32,000 bases of DNA from an uncultured Alphaproteobacteria bacterium (GTDB lineage Bacteria > Pseudomonadota > Alphaproteobacteria > CBDUYM01), in NCBI GenBank assembly GCA_965371465.1, contig CBDUYM010000018.1:10780-42779 (forward strand). The letters are read 5' to 3'. The notes beneath the pieces were generated by a model. The model ran no database searches. It had not been told where the DNA came from and saw nothing but the letters and a program-made list of their open reading frames with translations. Shown piece by piece: positions 22,271 through 32,000 of this stretch. Every line of letters begins with the position of its first letter. The first letter of the stretch is position 1. Both the position numbers and the translations under genes were made by a program.

Positions 22271-23395
22271 TCATGCCGTAAGCCTGGGGCCAGGCTGTTT
22301 GCGGGTGAGTGACAGAACCATGCCCATGCCAAGAGCAATTCCCAGCAGAGACGAGCCACCGTAGCTGACAAATGGAAGTGTCATGCCTGTGCTGGGTAAT
22401 AAATTCAGATTGACGCCGACGTTGACGATTGTCTGCACAGCGAATTGTGTCAGTAATCCCGCAAGTGCCAGAACAACGAACAGATCCCGTTCCATTGCAA
22501 CGCGGCTAAATCCACGTGCGATGACATAAGCAAACACCGAAAGCACCAGAAGACATGCAAACAGGCCGTATTCTTCTCCGATAACGGCGAAGATGTAGTC
22601 TGAGTGCGCATCAGGCAGAATGTTTTTCACCTGCCCCTCTCCAGGTCCTTGACCAAACGCACCGCCGCGGACGAACGCATCGGTGGCGGTATCCATCTGG
22701 AAAGTGTCACCGCTGGCGGGATGAAGAAACCGATCGATCCGGCTGGCCACATGGGGCAACAGATAATATGCGCCGACAACGCCAGAAACACCGAGCGCAC
22801 CGAGCGCGACCGTCCAGATCAGAGGCAAGCCCGCCAGGAACACCTGCACGCTCCAGATTGCAGTGACAAGCACGCTCTGGCCGAAATCAGGCTGCATTAC
22901 CAGCAGGCCGATGACAATTGCCAGAAGGGCTGCACTTAGTTTGCCACCCGGAAATTCCGGGTTGCGCAGGCGTTCCGACAAGAGCCAGGCCGAAGCCACA
23001 ATGAACAGGGGCTTGACGAATTCAATCGGTTGCAGCGAAAAGCCGGCGACGGACAGCCAGCGACGGGCACCGTTCAGCTCTGGCCCCCAGCCGCTGGCGA
23101 AGCCGAGCGCGAACAGAGCGACAACCAGACATGGGACGGCCAGTCTGCCAAGCATGTCTGCAGGCATCAGCGATGCAGCAAACATGATGATCAGGCTCGG
23201 ACCGATGAATATGAGCTGATTGATGACAAAATGATATGGACCAATGTCGAGCCGAATAGCCACGGCAGGTGACGCCGCAAAGGTCATCAGAAATCCGAAC
23301 GCCAGCAGCAACAGAATGCCCGCCAGCAGCCAGCGGTCGATGGTCCACCACCAGCCACCGACCAGGCTTGTATCTGCGCGACTAAAGGCGTTCAT
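22271..23395 (-). CDS. ftsW: SEDS-family peptidoglycan glycosyltransferase FtsW
   Basis: This 374-aa polytopic membrane protein has PDAHSDYIFAVIGEE and LPSTGMTLPFVSYGGSS. Its position between murD and murG also supports the call. Confidence 0.93.
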   Translation of the reverse strand: MNAFSRADTSLVGGWWWTIDRWLLAGILLLLAFGFLMTFAASPAVAIRLDIGPYHFVINQLIFIGPSLIIMFAASLMPADMLGRLAVPCLVVALFALGFASGWGPELNGARRWLSVAGFSLQPIEFVKPLFIVASAWLLSERLRNPEFPGGKLSAALLAIVIGLLVMQPDFGQSVLVTAIWSVQVFLAGLPLIWTVALGALGVSGVVGAYYLLPHVASRIDRFLHPASGDTFQMDTATDAFVRGGAFGQGPGEGQVKNILPDAHSDYIFAVIGEEYGLFACLLVLSVFAYVIARGFSRVAMERDLFVVLALAGLLTQFAVQTIVNVGVNLNLLPSTGMTLPFVSYGGSSLLGIALGMGMVLSLTRKQPGPRLTA

Positions 23396-24798
23396 CGTGC
23401 GTTCCCCGTCGCGAAATTCATGACATAATCCTTGAACGCCTCGCCGCGTGCTTCGAAGTCGACAAACTGATCGAAAGATGCGCAGGCCGGTGACAGCATG
23501 ACGACCAATGGATCAGCCGCTGTCTCTGCAGCGCTCAGGCTGTCCCGAAGCGCGCTTTCAGTTGCAATCTGAAGCGTCTCATCCACTTCACAGGGAACGA
23601 CGCCTTCCAGCGACCTGCCAAATTCGGGGCCGGCCTCTCCGTAGACATAGGCTTTTCGGATGTTGCCGAAATAATCACTGAGCGCATCAATGGTTTCGCC
23701 TTTGGGTCGCCCGCCAGCAATCCAGTAGATGCTGGAATAGCAGGCAAGAGCACGGGCAGCGGCGTCCATGTTTGTTGCCTTTGAATCATTGATGACATCG
23801 ACCGAGGCAAGCCTTGCAACATGCTCCATGCGATGTTCAAGGCCCTGGAATCTCTGAATGCCGGCTATGATGGCGTCCTCAGGAATACCAATAGCTCTGG
23901 CCGCCGCATAGGCGGCTGCAACATTCTGCCAGTTGTGCTTGCCCGGCAAATTTGATGTTTGATTGAGGTCGGTCACGATCCGCGAATTTCCGTCCGTTTT
24001 CGTCCGGAGCAGACCACCTGCGACCTGGACATCGCAATCAATGTTGTCGGCCAAGGAGACACCGACAAGGGTGGGTGATTCATCACGTTCCATGTCCTCA
24101 AATATTTTTCTGCAGTAATTGTCGTCAAGACCAACAATGGCGGTCTTGTCCGGCGACTGTTGTTTCAGGAGCCTGGCTTTCACTTTGGCGTATCCGGCCA
24201 TGCCGCCATGGCGATCAAGATGATCGGGCGTAATGTTCAACAGAACGGTCACGTCGGCATTCATGGATGGCGTGAGATCAATCTGATACGAGGACATTTC
24301 GATGACATAGATCCCGCCGGGTCCGGTTGTCCTGGAATCGAGAACAGGTGTCCCGATGTTGCCCGCTACGACCACCTCTTTCCCAGCCTGAGCAGCTAAC
24401 TCGCCGATCAGGGCTGTGGTGGTTGACTTGCCATTGGTGCCGGTCACAGCAACGATGGTTCGATCGTTTGTCGCATCAGCAGCAGTAACAAAGAGCTCGA
24501 TGTCGCCGATGACCGGACAGCCGGCTTCTGCCGCCTGCTTCACTACGGGATGCGGGGCCGGGTGTGTCAGAGGTATGCCAGGGCTCAGGACCAATGCGCT
24601 GACTTCACTGAAATCCATGACATGTGGATCCTGCAGTGTCATGCCCAGCGCGGCGGCTTCGGCTCGCCGGCTGTCTGCATCGTCCCAGGCAAGCACGAGT
24701 GCGCCGCCGGCCTGCAGAGCGCGAGCCGCCGAAAGCCCGCTGACGCCGAGACCAAAAACGACAACCGTGAGGCCGCTATATTGTGTGACTGGGATCAT
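23392..24798 (-). CDS. murD: UDP-N-acetylmuramoylalanine--D-glutamate ligase
   Basis: This 468-aa protein has an N-terminal Rossmann motif (VVFGLGVSGLSAARAL), the P-loop GTNGKSTTT and DSKATN. Confidence 0.95.
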   Translation of the reverse strand: MIPVTQYSGLTVVVFGLGVSGLSAARALQAGGALVLAWDDADSRRAEAAALGMTLQDPHVMDFSEVSALVLSPGIPLTHPAPHPVVKQAAEAGCPVIGDIELFVTAADATNDRTIVAVTGTNGKSTTTALIGELAAQAGKEVVVAGNIGTPVLDSRTTGPGGIYVIEMSSYQIDLTPSMNADVTVLLNITPDHLDRHGGMAGYAKVKARLLKQQSPDKTAIVGLDDNYCRKIFEDMERDESPTLVGVSLADNIDCDVQVAGGLLRTKTDGNSRIVTDLNQTSNLPGKHNWQNVAAAYAAARAIGIPEDAIIAGIQRFQGLEHRMEHVARLASVDVINDSKATNMDAAARALACYSSIYWIAGGRPKGETIDALSDYFGNIRKAYVYGEAGPEFGRSLEGVVPCEVDETLQIATESALRDSLSAAETAADPLVVMLSPACASFDQFVDFEARGEAFKDYVMNFATGNAR

Positions 24799-24808
24799 GG
24801 GTTCTCAG

Positions 24809-25897
24809 CTACCTCAACTTCAGCGTTGCAAGACCGGCAAGTGCCAGCATCACGGCTACGATCCAGGTGCGAATAACAATTGTCGATTCAGGTATGCCCT
24901 TTTCTTCATAGTGATGGTGCAGCGGTGCCATACGGAACACGCGCTTGCCGGTCAACTTGAACGACAGAACCTGAACGATTACAGAGACGGTTTCGACCAC
25001 GAAGATGCCCCCAACAATAGCAAGCACAAGTTCATGCTTTGTCGCAATGGCAAGGGTGCCAAGCGCCCCGCCGAGAGAGAGGCTGCCGGTATCTCCCATA
25101 AAGACCATGGCCGGGGGCGCGTTGAACCAGAGAAATCCAAGCCCTGCCCCGAGCAGCGCGCCGCAAAATACCACCAGCTCCCCAGTGCCGGGCACTGCAT
25201 GGATCTGAAGATATTCAGCGAAAACTGCGTTCCCGACGAGATAGGCGATTACACCGAAAGTCCCAGCGGCAATCATGACTGGAACGATGGCCAGTCCATC
25301 AAGGCCGTCTGTAAAATTAACGGCATTCGCACTGCCGACAATGACGATTGCTGCAAACGGTACGAAGAAGATGCCCAGATCAAGCAACAGATCTTTGACA
25401 AACGGAAGCGCCAGCTGGCCAGACTGCTCAGGCGACGAAATCGACATCACCCAGAATGCCGCGAGGCATCCAATGGCGATTTCAGCAACAAGTCTGACTG
25501 AACGAGGCAAACCATCGCTGGAGCGTTGTGTGACTTTCAGGAAGTCGTCCGTAAATCCGATAACGCTGAATGAAAATGTAACCAGAAGAATTACCCACAT
25601 GTAAGCGTTGCTCAAATCCGCCCACAGAATAGTCGCACCAAAGAGAGAGATCATGATAAGGAAGCCGCCCATAGTGGGCGTCCCAGCCTTTTCAATGATG
25701 TGAGATTTCGGGCCATCACTGCGAATTGGCTGCCCTTCTCCCTGCATCGCCTTTAATCGCCGAATGATGTAAGGGCCCAGGCAAAAGCTGATCAGAATTG
25801 CTGTCATCACGGCGCCGCCGGTGCGGAACGTAAGATAACGGAACAGATTGAAGGCAGAAATCTGCTCGCTCAGGGGATAGAGGAAGTAGTAGAACAT
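24809..25897 (-). CDS. mraY: Phospho-N-acetylmuramoyl-pentapeptide transferase
   Basis: This 362-aa protein has [34 protein letters not shown] and APLHHHYE. Confidence 0.96.
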   Translation of the reverse strand: MFYYFLYPLSEQISAFNLFRYLTFRTGGAVMTAILISFCLGPYIIRRLKAMQGEGQPIRSDGPKSHIIEKAGTPTMGGFLIMISLFGATILWADLSNAYMWVILLVTFSFSVIGFTDDFLKVTQRSSDGLPRSVRLVAEIAIGCLAAFWVMSISSPEQSGQLALPFVKDLLLDLGIFFVPFAAIVIVGSANAVNFTDGLDGLAIVPVMIAAGTFGVIAYLVGNAVFAEYLQIHAVPGTGELVVFCGALLGAGLGFLWFNAPPAMVFMGDTGSLSLGGALGTLAIATKHELVLAIVGGIFVVETVSVIVQVLSFKLTGKRVFRMAPLHHHYEEKGIPESTIVIRTWIVAVMLALAGLATLKLR

Positions 25898-27337
25898 CTA
25901 CTGGCGCCCTCCTACCCTATCGTTGCCGCGAAGTTCGCCGTTGGCCCGCAGATGACGCACGAGCCTGTCAAGGCCAATGCCCCGGGAAGCTTTGACCAGC
26001 AGCACATCGCCGTCGCGGATCGCGTCCTGAACGAGCTCATACAGGTCTTCAGCTGTCTTTGCCTTGCCGCCAAGTCTGGCAGCAGGCAGAACGTCGATCA
26101 GAGCATCGATTTCAGAACCACATGTGAAAACAAGGTCAACGCCTGATTTCGTGATGTGGTCTTTGAGATCGCTGTGAAATTCCGTACTGGCCTCGCCCAG
26201 TTCAAGCATGTCGCCAAGGACGGCTATCCTCCGGCTGTTCTTGTCAACGTCTCGGGCGCCCAACGACTGCAAGGCCGCGGCCATTGAGGTTGGGTTTGCA
26301 TTATATGAGTCATCAATCAACGTATACGAACCGTTGTTGAGGTTGACGCGGTATTCGTTGCCCCTGCCCTTCGGAGGCTGGAACCCGGCCAGTGTCAGGC
26401 CCGCCCGGCCAAGATCAGCACCGACGGCATTTGCCGCGGCAAGCACGGCGACACTGTTCTCCACCCAGTGTTCGCCTGCCGCACCAATTTTGTAGGTTAT
26501 CCGGTCGTTGCCGATCTCAGCGCGAACGCAGCTAAAGGTCTGGCGTGCTGCAGAATCGAGAATTCGCGCCACGGCCTCGTCACTGCGGCCGAAGCCAATA
26601 ACAACGTCAGCGCCGGCGGCCTTCGCCGCTGACGCCATGCCCGCGTAATATTCGCTATCCGCATGAATGATCGCCGTCCCGCCCTTTACAAGGCCCAGGA
26701 ATATTTCAGACTTGGCGGCTGCAATGTCGGCCAGAGATTCAAATGCCGCCATATGGGCAGGTGCAATCCTGGTAATCACGGCAACATGAGGCGCCGCCAT
26801 TCGGGACAGAGGTGCAAGCTCGCCCGGATGGTTCATGCCAAGTTCCAGAACTGCAAACTCGGTGTTCAGGGGCATACGCGCAAGGGTCAACGGGACGCCC
26901 CAGTGATTGTTATAGCTGAGCACGCTTTTATGAGTGCGGCCGTTTTCAGCCAATACGGCTGCCAAGGCGTCTTTTGTGCCGGTTTTGCCAACACTGCCGG
27001 TGATCGCGATGACCTTCGCGGTGGAACGCTCGCGGCCGGCAGTGCCCAGCGCCTGCAATGCCGCAAAGGTATCCTGAACCGTCAAAGTCGGCCCAGCTGA
27101 CTGGGCGGCTGGTTTGCTGATGATTGCAGCGGCGGCACCATTCTGGAATGCAGCAGTGACGTAGTCATGGCCATCAGAATTCGGTCCGGCAATTGCGATA
27201 AAAAGATCGCCGGGCTCAGCCGTGCGGCTGTCAATAGATACGCCGGTAATCTGGTCCGTTGCCTTCATGGCAGCGGTCCATTGGCCCTTTGTAATGGCTA
27301 CAAGTTCGGCCCCTGACCAAAGAGTGTCACGCGTCAT
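25898..27337 (-). CDS. murF: UDP-N-acetylmuramoyl-tripeptide--D-alanyl-D-alanine ligase
   Basis: Homology starts at MTRDTLWSGAELVAITKGQW... (ATG at 27337), followed by DSRTAEPGDLFIAI and the P-loop GSVGKTGTKD. The 565-aa track ORF (to 27595) adds 86 non-homologous residues, and that added stretch lies almost entirely inside the murE coding region. With the 27337 start, murF is 479 aa and overlaps murE by 11 nt. Confidence 0.9.
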   Translation of the reverse strand: MTRDTLWSGAELVAITKGQWTAAMKATDQITGVSIDSRTAEPGDLFIAIAGPNSDGHDYVTAAFQNGAAAAIISKPAAQSAGPTLTVQDTFAALQALGTAGRERSTAKVIAITGSVGKTGTKDALAAVLAENGRTHKSVLSYNNHWGVPLTLARMPLNTEFAVLELGMNHPGELAPLSRMAAPHVAVITRIAPAHMAAFESLADIAAAKSEIFLGLVKGGTAIIHADSEYYAGMASAAKAAGADVVIGFGRSDEAVARILDSAARQTFSCVRAEIGNDRITYKIGAAGEHWVENSVAVLAAANAVGADLGRAGLTLAGFQPPKGRGNEYRVNLNNGSYTLIDDSYNANPTSMAAALQSLGARDVDKNSRRIAVLGDMLELGEASTEFHSDLKDHITKSGVDLVFTCGSEIDALIDVLPAARLGGKAKTAEDLYELVQDAIRDGDVLLVKASRGIGLDRLVRHLRANGELRGNDRVGGRQ

Positions 27338-28805
27338 CAGCGACCCCCCCGGCCAATGCGATCCGCAGTTCTTCAGCATCGTCAAAAGGCAGGACATCGT
27401 CGCCAATGGTTTGACCTGTCTCATGGCCCTTACCCGCGACCACAAGAACGTCACCGGAAGCCAGCGCGGAAACAGCCATCTGGATTGCCGCCCGTCGATC
27501 GCCAATCTCCTGGATGCGGTCGCCGTCGCCACCGTGCATCCCGCGCAGGATATCGTGCCTGATAGCGGCAGGGTCCTCGGTCCTTGGATTGTCATCGGTT
27601 ACAATGATCTGATCGGCAAGACTGTCGGCAATGCTGCCCATTTCGCTTCGCTTGCCCTGGTCGCGGTCTCCACCACATCCGAAAACCAGACTGAGGCTGC
27701 CTGGCGCATGCGGCTTTAACGTTTCCAGAATTGTCCGGAGCGCATCAGGAGTATGGGCATAGTCGACGAAGACAGGAGCGGCGTTACCTTCGCCGAACTC
27801 GCGATTGCCGACCTGCTGCAGCCGGCCTGGTACGCCTTCCAGCCACTCAAGGCGCGACATTGCGTCTTCCACCTGCGCGCCGCATGCCACGGCCAAAGCA
27901 GCGGCGATGACAGCATTGTTCGCCTGAAAGGCACCAACAAGTGGCAGTTCAATGTGGAAATCTTCATCAAAGCAGGTGACATCAAGAACCTGACCAGAAG
28001 AAGTTGGCTCGGCCAAATTGATGATCATGTCCTTGCCGGCAAATCCGGTACTGATGATTTCGATGCCCCGCGCCTGGCAAGCGGTTTCGATCGCTTTGGA
28101 TGCCGGATCATCAGCATTGATCACCGCTATGCCGTCTTCGCTGAGCACTTCACTGAAAAGCCTCGTCTTCGCCGCCAGATACTCTTCGAAACTTCCATGG
28201 TAGTTCATATGATCGCGCGTGATGTTTGTGAATGCGGCAGCAACCAGATTGACGCCATCCAGACGGAATTGGTCAAGACCATGGCTTGATGCTTCGATAG
28301 CGGCGTAGTCAACACCGAGATTGGCAAGATCGGCCAGAGCGCTGTGCAAAGCGACAGGATCCGGCGTCGTGTGCTGCAACGGATTTACTGAGTCCGGACC
28401 TATTGCGCCAAGGGTGCCGACAGAGCCTGCCGCATAACCCAGCCCTGCCCAAATCTGGCGCACAAAATCGGCAACTGAAGTTTTGCCATTCGTGCCGGTA
28501 ATGGCGACCACGTTTTCAGGCTGAGCGTTGAAAAATCTGGAGGCCATCAAAGCAAACCGATGGCGCGGATTCTGATCTTCCAGGACGTAAATACGGGGAT
28601 CATCAAGAGAAACGTCAGGGGTTGTCAGTATTGCCACAGCACCATGGTCTATCGCGTCAGGTATGAACGCCCGCCGATCAACATTGATCCCCGGAAAAGC
28701 GGCGAACAGAAAGCCTGGTTTGACAGTTCGGCTATCGTCAGTGAGGCCAGTCACATCGATTGCTGCTGCCTCGCCATTCCCGCCAATAAGCTCAGAAAGA
28801 CGCAT
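27327..28805 (-). CDS. murE: UDP-N-acetylmuramoyl-L-alanyl-D-glutamate--2,6-diaminopimelate ligase
   Basis: This 492-aa protein has DSRTVKPGFLFAA, the P-loop GTNGKTS, VDYAHTPDAL and the DAP-specificity-type motif DDNPRTE (DNPR). Confidence 0.95.
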   Translation of the reverse strand: MRLSELIGGNGEAAAIDVTGLTDDSRTVKPGFLFAAFPGINVDRRAFIPDAIDHGAVAILTTPDVSLDDPRIYVLEDQNPRHRFALMASRFFNAQPENVVAITGTNGKTSVADFVRQIWAGLGYAAGSVGTLGAIGPDSVNPLQHTTPDPVALHSALADLANLGVDYAAIEASSHGLDQFRLDGVNLVAAAFTNITRDHMNYHGSFEEYLAAKTRLFSEVLSEDGIAVINADDPASKAIETACQARGIEIISTGFAGKDMIINLAEPTSSGQVLDVTCFDEDFHIELPLVGAFQANNAVIAAALAVACGAQVEDAMSRLEWLEGVPGRLQQVGNREFGEGNAAPVFVDYAHTPDALRTILETLKPHAPGSLSLVFGCGGDRDQGKRSEMGSIADSLADQIIVTDDNPRTEDPAAIRHDILRGMHGGDGDRIQEIGDRRAAIQMAVSALASGDVLVVAGKGHETGQTIGDDVLPFDDAEELRIALAGGVADDA

Positions 28806-28811
28806 CCGGGA

Positions 28812-30569
28812 TTACCTCATCAAACTGATTGGAATGACAGGACTGTTACTGCTGTGGTCTCTATCGGCGCTGCCCAGATCGGGCTCAACACCAAGCAGAG
28901 GCGCAATCCTCTGAATGATTTTGCCGACTGCAGGTGCCGCGTTCCAGCCGGCACCGGCAAAGCCGAAAGTTTCGGTTGTGCCTTTCGGTTCTTCAAACAT
29001 GGCGAAAACGGCGTAGCGTGGTTTGTAGGATGGGAAAATGCCGACAAAAGATGTAATCAGTGAATTCCGACTATAGCGGCCTGATGTAACGCGTTCTGCG
29101 GTACCTGTCTTGCCGCCAACCGAATAGCCAGGAACATCCGCCTTGCCACCGGTGCCGCGCTCGACCACTTGGCGCATTAAAGCGCGCATGACCGCACTGG
29201 TCTGTTCGCCGATGACTCGCTCTCCCGGCAACCGGTCCTCGGTCCGATCAACCTTCAGCAGTGTCGGAGCGATCTTGAAGCCGCCGTTGGTCAGAGAGGA
29301 AACCGCGGTGATGACCTGCAGCGGCGACACTGCGATGCCATGACCGTAGGCTGCTGTGATGGTGTTTATTTCGCGCCATGTTTCGGGTTGCAGTGGATAA
29401 CCCACTTCGGGCAGTTCCAGATAAGGACTGTCGAGCAGCCCAAAACTTGCGAGGTACGATTGCTGCACATCCGCGCCGACTTCAAGGGCCATGCGCGCCG
29501 AGCCTATATTCGACGAGTGAATGTAGACTTCCAGAACCGTGAGCCACCTGTTCTGTGGGTGATCATCATGTATCGTGAACTTGCCGACATGCATGGGTCC
29601 AGTGGCATCGTATTGATTGAAGATCGTGGCCGTGCCGCTATCAAGCGCCATCGCCACGGTAAATGTCTTGAACACTGAGCCCATCTCGTAGACGCCCAGC
29701 GTTGCCCGATTGAACCGCGAATTTCTGCTCGCCCGGCCGGCATGATTCGAATCGAAGTCAGGCAGCGAAACGAGGCCCAGAACCTCGCCGGTAGCGACAT
29801 CCATGACAATGCCGGCGGCACCGACCGCCTGGAACTTTTCCATGCCTTCGCTAAGCGCGCTGTGAATGGCATGCTGGACACGGAAATCCATGGACAGCTC
29901 AAGCACATCCTTCGTGACGCCATTCACAACAGGTGTCGGCCTGGCGAGCCTGGCCTCGAAAAATCGTTCGGTACCTGAGATACCGACATTTTCAGTGTCA
30001 ACGAAGCCAAGCCAATGAGCTGAGAGATTGCCATGCGGATAGACGCGCTTTTCTTCCCAGCGAAAAGCAAGGCCCGGAAGGCCCAGACTATTGACCGCCG
30101 CATGCTCACTCGGTGTGATACTGCGGCGCAACCAGACAAATGATCTATCAGACTTCAGCCGTGCCTCAATGGTTCCAGCGTCAAGATCCGGAAACACGGT
30201 AAAGAGCTGGGTGACGGCTTCATCAACATCCAGGATTTTTCTGGGGTTGGCAAAAAGGGAAGCGGTCCGCAGATTGTTGGCCAGCATTTCTCCGTTGCGA
30301 TCAACAATGTCAGCCCGTCCGAGAACAACGCCTGAAGTCGATTCCCGTGCAATACGGGGCTCAGCGGCGACCGTAAAGAGCATCAGATCAAACAGGCGCA
30401 CCGTCACCACAACGAAGCAGGCAACAAGCAGGCCCAGAACAACAAACACGCGCTGCCTTGCACCGTCCCGAGAGACACTGTCGCGAAACATCGCCACATG
30501 ACGTGCGCGATCATGGCGCATCAGATCGGCGCCGATCAGGTGATTGTCTCTCATTGTGCCCATGCCCAT
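28812..30569 (-). CDS. ftsI: Peptidoglycan D,D-transpeptidase FtsI (PBP3)
   Basis: This 585-aa protein has an N-terminal TM anchor and a PBP dimerisation domain. The transpeptidase motifs are SVFK (SxxK), SSN and KTGT. Confidence 0.93.
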   Translation of the reverse strand: MGMGTMRDNHLIGADLMRHDRARHVAMFRDSVSRDGARQRVFVVLGLLVACFVVVTVRLFDLMLFTVAAEPRIARESTSGVVLGRADIVDRNGEMLANNLRTASLFANPRKILDVDEAVTQLFTVFPDLDAGTIEARLKSDRSFVWLRRSITPSEHAAVNSLGLPGLAFRWEEKRVYPHGNLSAHWLGFVDTENVGISGTERFFEARLARPTPVVNGVTKDVLELSMDFRVQHAIHSALSEGMEKFQAVGAAGIVMDVATGEVLGLVSLPDFDSNHAGRASRNSRFNRATLGVYEMGSVFKTFTVAMALDSGTATIFNQYDATGPMHVGKFTIHDDHPQNRWLTVLEVYIHSSNIGSARMALEVGADVQQSYLASFGLLDSPYLELPEVGYPLQPETWREINTITAAYGHGIAVSPLQVITAVSSLTNGGFKIAPTLLKVDRTEDRLPGERVIGEQTSAVMRALMRQVVERGTGGKADVPGYSVGGKTGTAERVTSGRYSRNSLITSFVGIFPSYKPRYAVFAMFEEPKGTTETFGFAGAGWNAAPAVGKIIQRIAPLLGVEPDLGSADRDHSSNSPVIPISLMR

Positions 30570-30577
30570 GCCAGTCT

Positions 30578-30928
30578 CTAGCGCAGTCTGACGCTCACAG
30601 GTCTGATCGGGCTGGCATCGGTTTCTTCAGTAATCGGATAGTCCACAAGCTCGAGTTTTCTGTAGGGCAGATCATCAATCATTATGATCTGATTGGTTAC
30701 AACAGGACCAAGGCCGAGATACTTGAGGGACAGCTCATCAAGCCTTGCGGGCTGGTTGAGATAGCTCCACTCCGCCTGCAATACACGGATCTCTTCCTGG
30801 TCGCTGGTCAGAGCCTTGTTACGGGCAGCAATTTCCTGCTCCATCTGACGGACTTCATTCTTCATGAAATAAAGGCCTAATGGTGTCAGAACAGCCAAAA
30901 GAAAAAGTACAGAGGTGATCAGCTTCAT
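30578..30928 (-). CDS. ftsL: Alphaproteobacterial-type cell division protein FtsL
   Basis: This 116-aa protein has an N-terminal TM segment followed by a coiled coil with VRQMEQEIAARNKAL...IRVLQAEWSYLNQPARLDEL, as in alpha-type FtsL. Its position between rsmH and ftsI also supports the call. Confidence 0.85.
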   Translation of the reverse strand: MKLITSVLFLLAVLTPLGLYFMKNEVRQMEQEIAARNKALTSDQEEIRVLQAEWSYLNQPARLDELSLKYLGLGPVVTNQIIMIDDLPYRKLELVDYPITEETDASPIRPVSVRLR

Positions 30929-31938
30929 GATGCTTCCTCCCAGAGCTCAGCAAGCGGGCTATCGGCGATTGAAATTTCTGTACGCATGGCGACGCGAAGC
31001 CGTGCCGAGCGGGCGCGAGGATTTGACGCGCTCTCTGTGGCAGCGGGCTTCCTGACTTTGCGGCCAATCAGTTCGAGAAGTGGTGCCGGGCGGGAAGACG
31101 CGACAAGGGGTAAATGACGCGACCCCTGCCCGGCACTTCCAGAGACTTCCCGCATGAAAACTTTTACGATCCGGTCTTCCAGGGAGTGAAAGGACACGAC
31201 CGCCATTTTGCCACCTGGGCGTAAAAGGCTGGTCCATGCTCGAAGACCGGATTCCAGTTCGCCAAGTTCATCATTGACGTAAACTCTGAGCGCCTGGAAG
31301 GTGCGGGTTGCTGGATGGAGTTTGGATGCGCCGCGGCCATGTACGGCGCGGCTGACGATTTCTGCGAGCTCGGATGTGCGCTCAATCGGCGCATGGTCAC
31401 GTGCGCGAACGATCTCTCGTGCGATACGGCGGGAACGGCCTTCGTCACCGAACTTGAAGATGATATCTGCGATCTGCTGTTCAGAGAATTCGTTGACGAC
31501 TTCTGCAGCCGTGACTCCGCCCGAAAAAGTGTCCATGCGCATATCAAGGGGCCCGTCACGCATGAAGGAAAAGCCGCGCTCGCCCTCCTCCAGCTGATAC
31601 GACGATACGCCCAGATCAATGGCAATCCCGTCGACCTCTTCAACACCTTCGTCGCCGAGAAGACGGTTCGCCTCTGAGAATCTCCCATGCAGGAGCTTCA
31701 ACCGCCCCTCATATCGCGCCTCATCCGCGCGGCCACGTTCGATCGCCGCCCAGTCTCGATCAATCGCGAGAACCATGCAGTCCGCACCGTCAAGGAGCGC
31801 GCGACTGTAGCCGCCGCCGCCATACGTGCCGTCCAGATAGGTAGCGCCATCGCTCGGCGCCAGCGCATCAATGATTTCGGCCAACATGACGGGCACATGG
31901 CCCGGCTCACCACTGGGCTGGGCCAAGGCATCAGTCAT
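30925..31938 (-). CDS. rsmH: 16S rRNA (cytosine1402-N4)-methyltransferase
   Basis: This 337-aa protein has HVPVMLAEIIDAL, YLDGTYGGGGYS, IDLGVSSYQLE and VVSFHSLEDRIVK. Confidence 0.95.
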   Translation of the reverse strand: MTDALAQPSGEPGHVPVMLAEIIDALAPSDGATYLDGTYGGGGYSRALLDGADCMVLAIDRDWAAIERGRADEARYEGRLKLLHGRFSEANRLLGDEGVEEVDGIAIDLGVSSYQLEEGERGFSFMRDGPLDMRMDTFSGGVTAAEVVNEFSEQQIADIIFKFGDEGRSRRIAREIVRARDHAPIERTSELAEIVSRAVHGRGASKLHPATRTFQALRVYVNDELGELESGLRAWTSLLRPGGKMAVVSFHSLEDRIVKVFMREVSGSAGQGSRHLPLVASSRPAPLLELIGRKVRKPAATESASNPRARSARLRVAMRTEISIADSPLAELWEEAS

Positions 31939-32000
31939 CGCTGATTCCCCGGCCGCCCCATGGAATGGAATCCGGGTTTTCCTTGGTCCACTGGCTCGCT
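31935..32000 (-). CDS. mraZ: Probable 3' end of mraZ (the gene continues beyond the right window edge)
   Basis: The call rests on position only. One - strand frame (...SEPVDQGKPGFHSMGRPGNQR*) ends in a TGA that overlaps the rsmH ATG as ATGA. All three - strand frames are open in these 60 nt, so the frame is not resolved. The conserved mraZ-rsmH order is the main argument. Confidence 0.3.
   Translation of the reverse strand, partial: SEPVDQGKPGFHSMGRPGNQR

Noticed and set aside
24416-25501. A 361-aa + strand ORF spanning the murD/mraY junction.
   Set aside because: It is entirely antisense to two unmistakable genes. The sequence is Cys, Arg and Ala rich and low in complexity, with no recognisable motifs. 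It looks like a typical antisense shadow ORF of GC-biased coding DNA.
27338-27595. An 86-aa N-terminal extension of murF in the ORF track (the ORF is called 25898-27595).
   Set aside because: The extra residues (MTIQGPRTLPLSGTISCAGC...) have no MurF character, and nearly all of them lie inside the murE coding region (27327-28805). MurF homology starts exactly at the internal ATG 27337, which gives a normal 479-aa protein and an 11-nt murE/murF overlap.
29392-29400. A DnaA-box-like 9-mer, AGTGGATAA (8/9 match to TGTGGATAA).
   Set aside because: It is a single, isolated, imperfect copy inside the ftsI coding region. Several such near-matches are expected by chance in 32 kb when both strands are counted.

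Overview
This window is core housekeeping DNA from what looks like an alphaproteobacterium of moderate GC content, judged by eye. The taxonomic call rests on a long-linker FtsZ ending in [12 protein letters not shown], an alpha-type FtsL, a DUF4169 protein, and bamD-recN-ligA sitting downstream of ftsZ. The left third (about 1.1-8.9 kb, + strand) encodes DUF4169, a hotdog thioesterase, a CBS-containing CLC protein, a UvrD/PcrA-type helicase, PrmA and a three-domain aminopeptidase P. An edge-truncated AsmA-family gene on the - strand (1-1033) is missing from the ORF track. From 8.9 kb to the right edge everything is on the - strand. That block is ligA, recN and bamD, followed by a complete, very compact dcw cluster: (mraZ 3' end)-rsmH-ftsL-ftsI-murE-murF-mraY-murD-ftsW-murG-murC-murB-ddl-ftsQ-ftsA-ftsZ. 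I see no tRNA or rRNA genes, CRISPR arrays, transposases, integrases, phage genes, toxin-antitoxin pairs or defence-like genes. I could not find a convincing previously undescribed system. All long unexplained ORFs are antisense shadows of well-recognised genes. The modest oddities are: a CLC homologue lacking three of the four canonical pore and coupling residues; no lpxC between ftsZ and bamD; an N-terminal extension of about 60 aa on aminopeptidase P; an AT-rich ftsA-ftsZ spacer with a promoter-like element and an inverted repeat; a very long acidic FtsZ linker; a MurG C-terminal tail; and an over-extended murF ORF call in the track.
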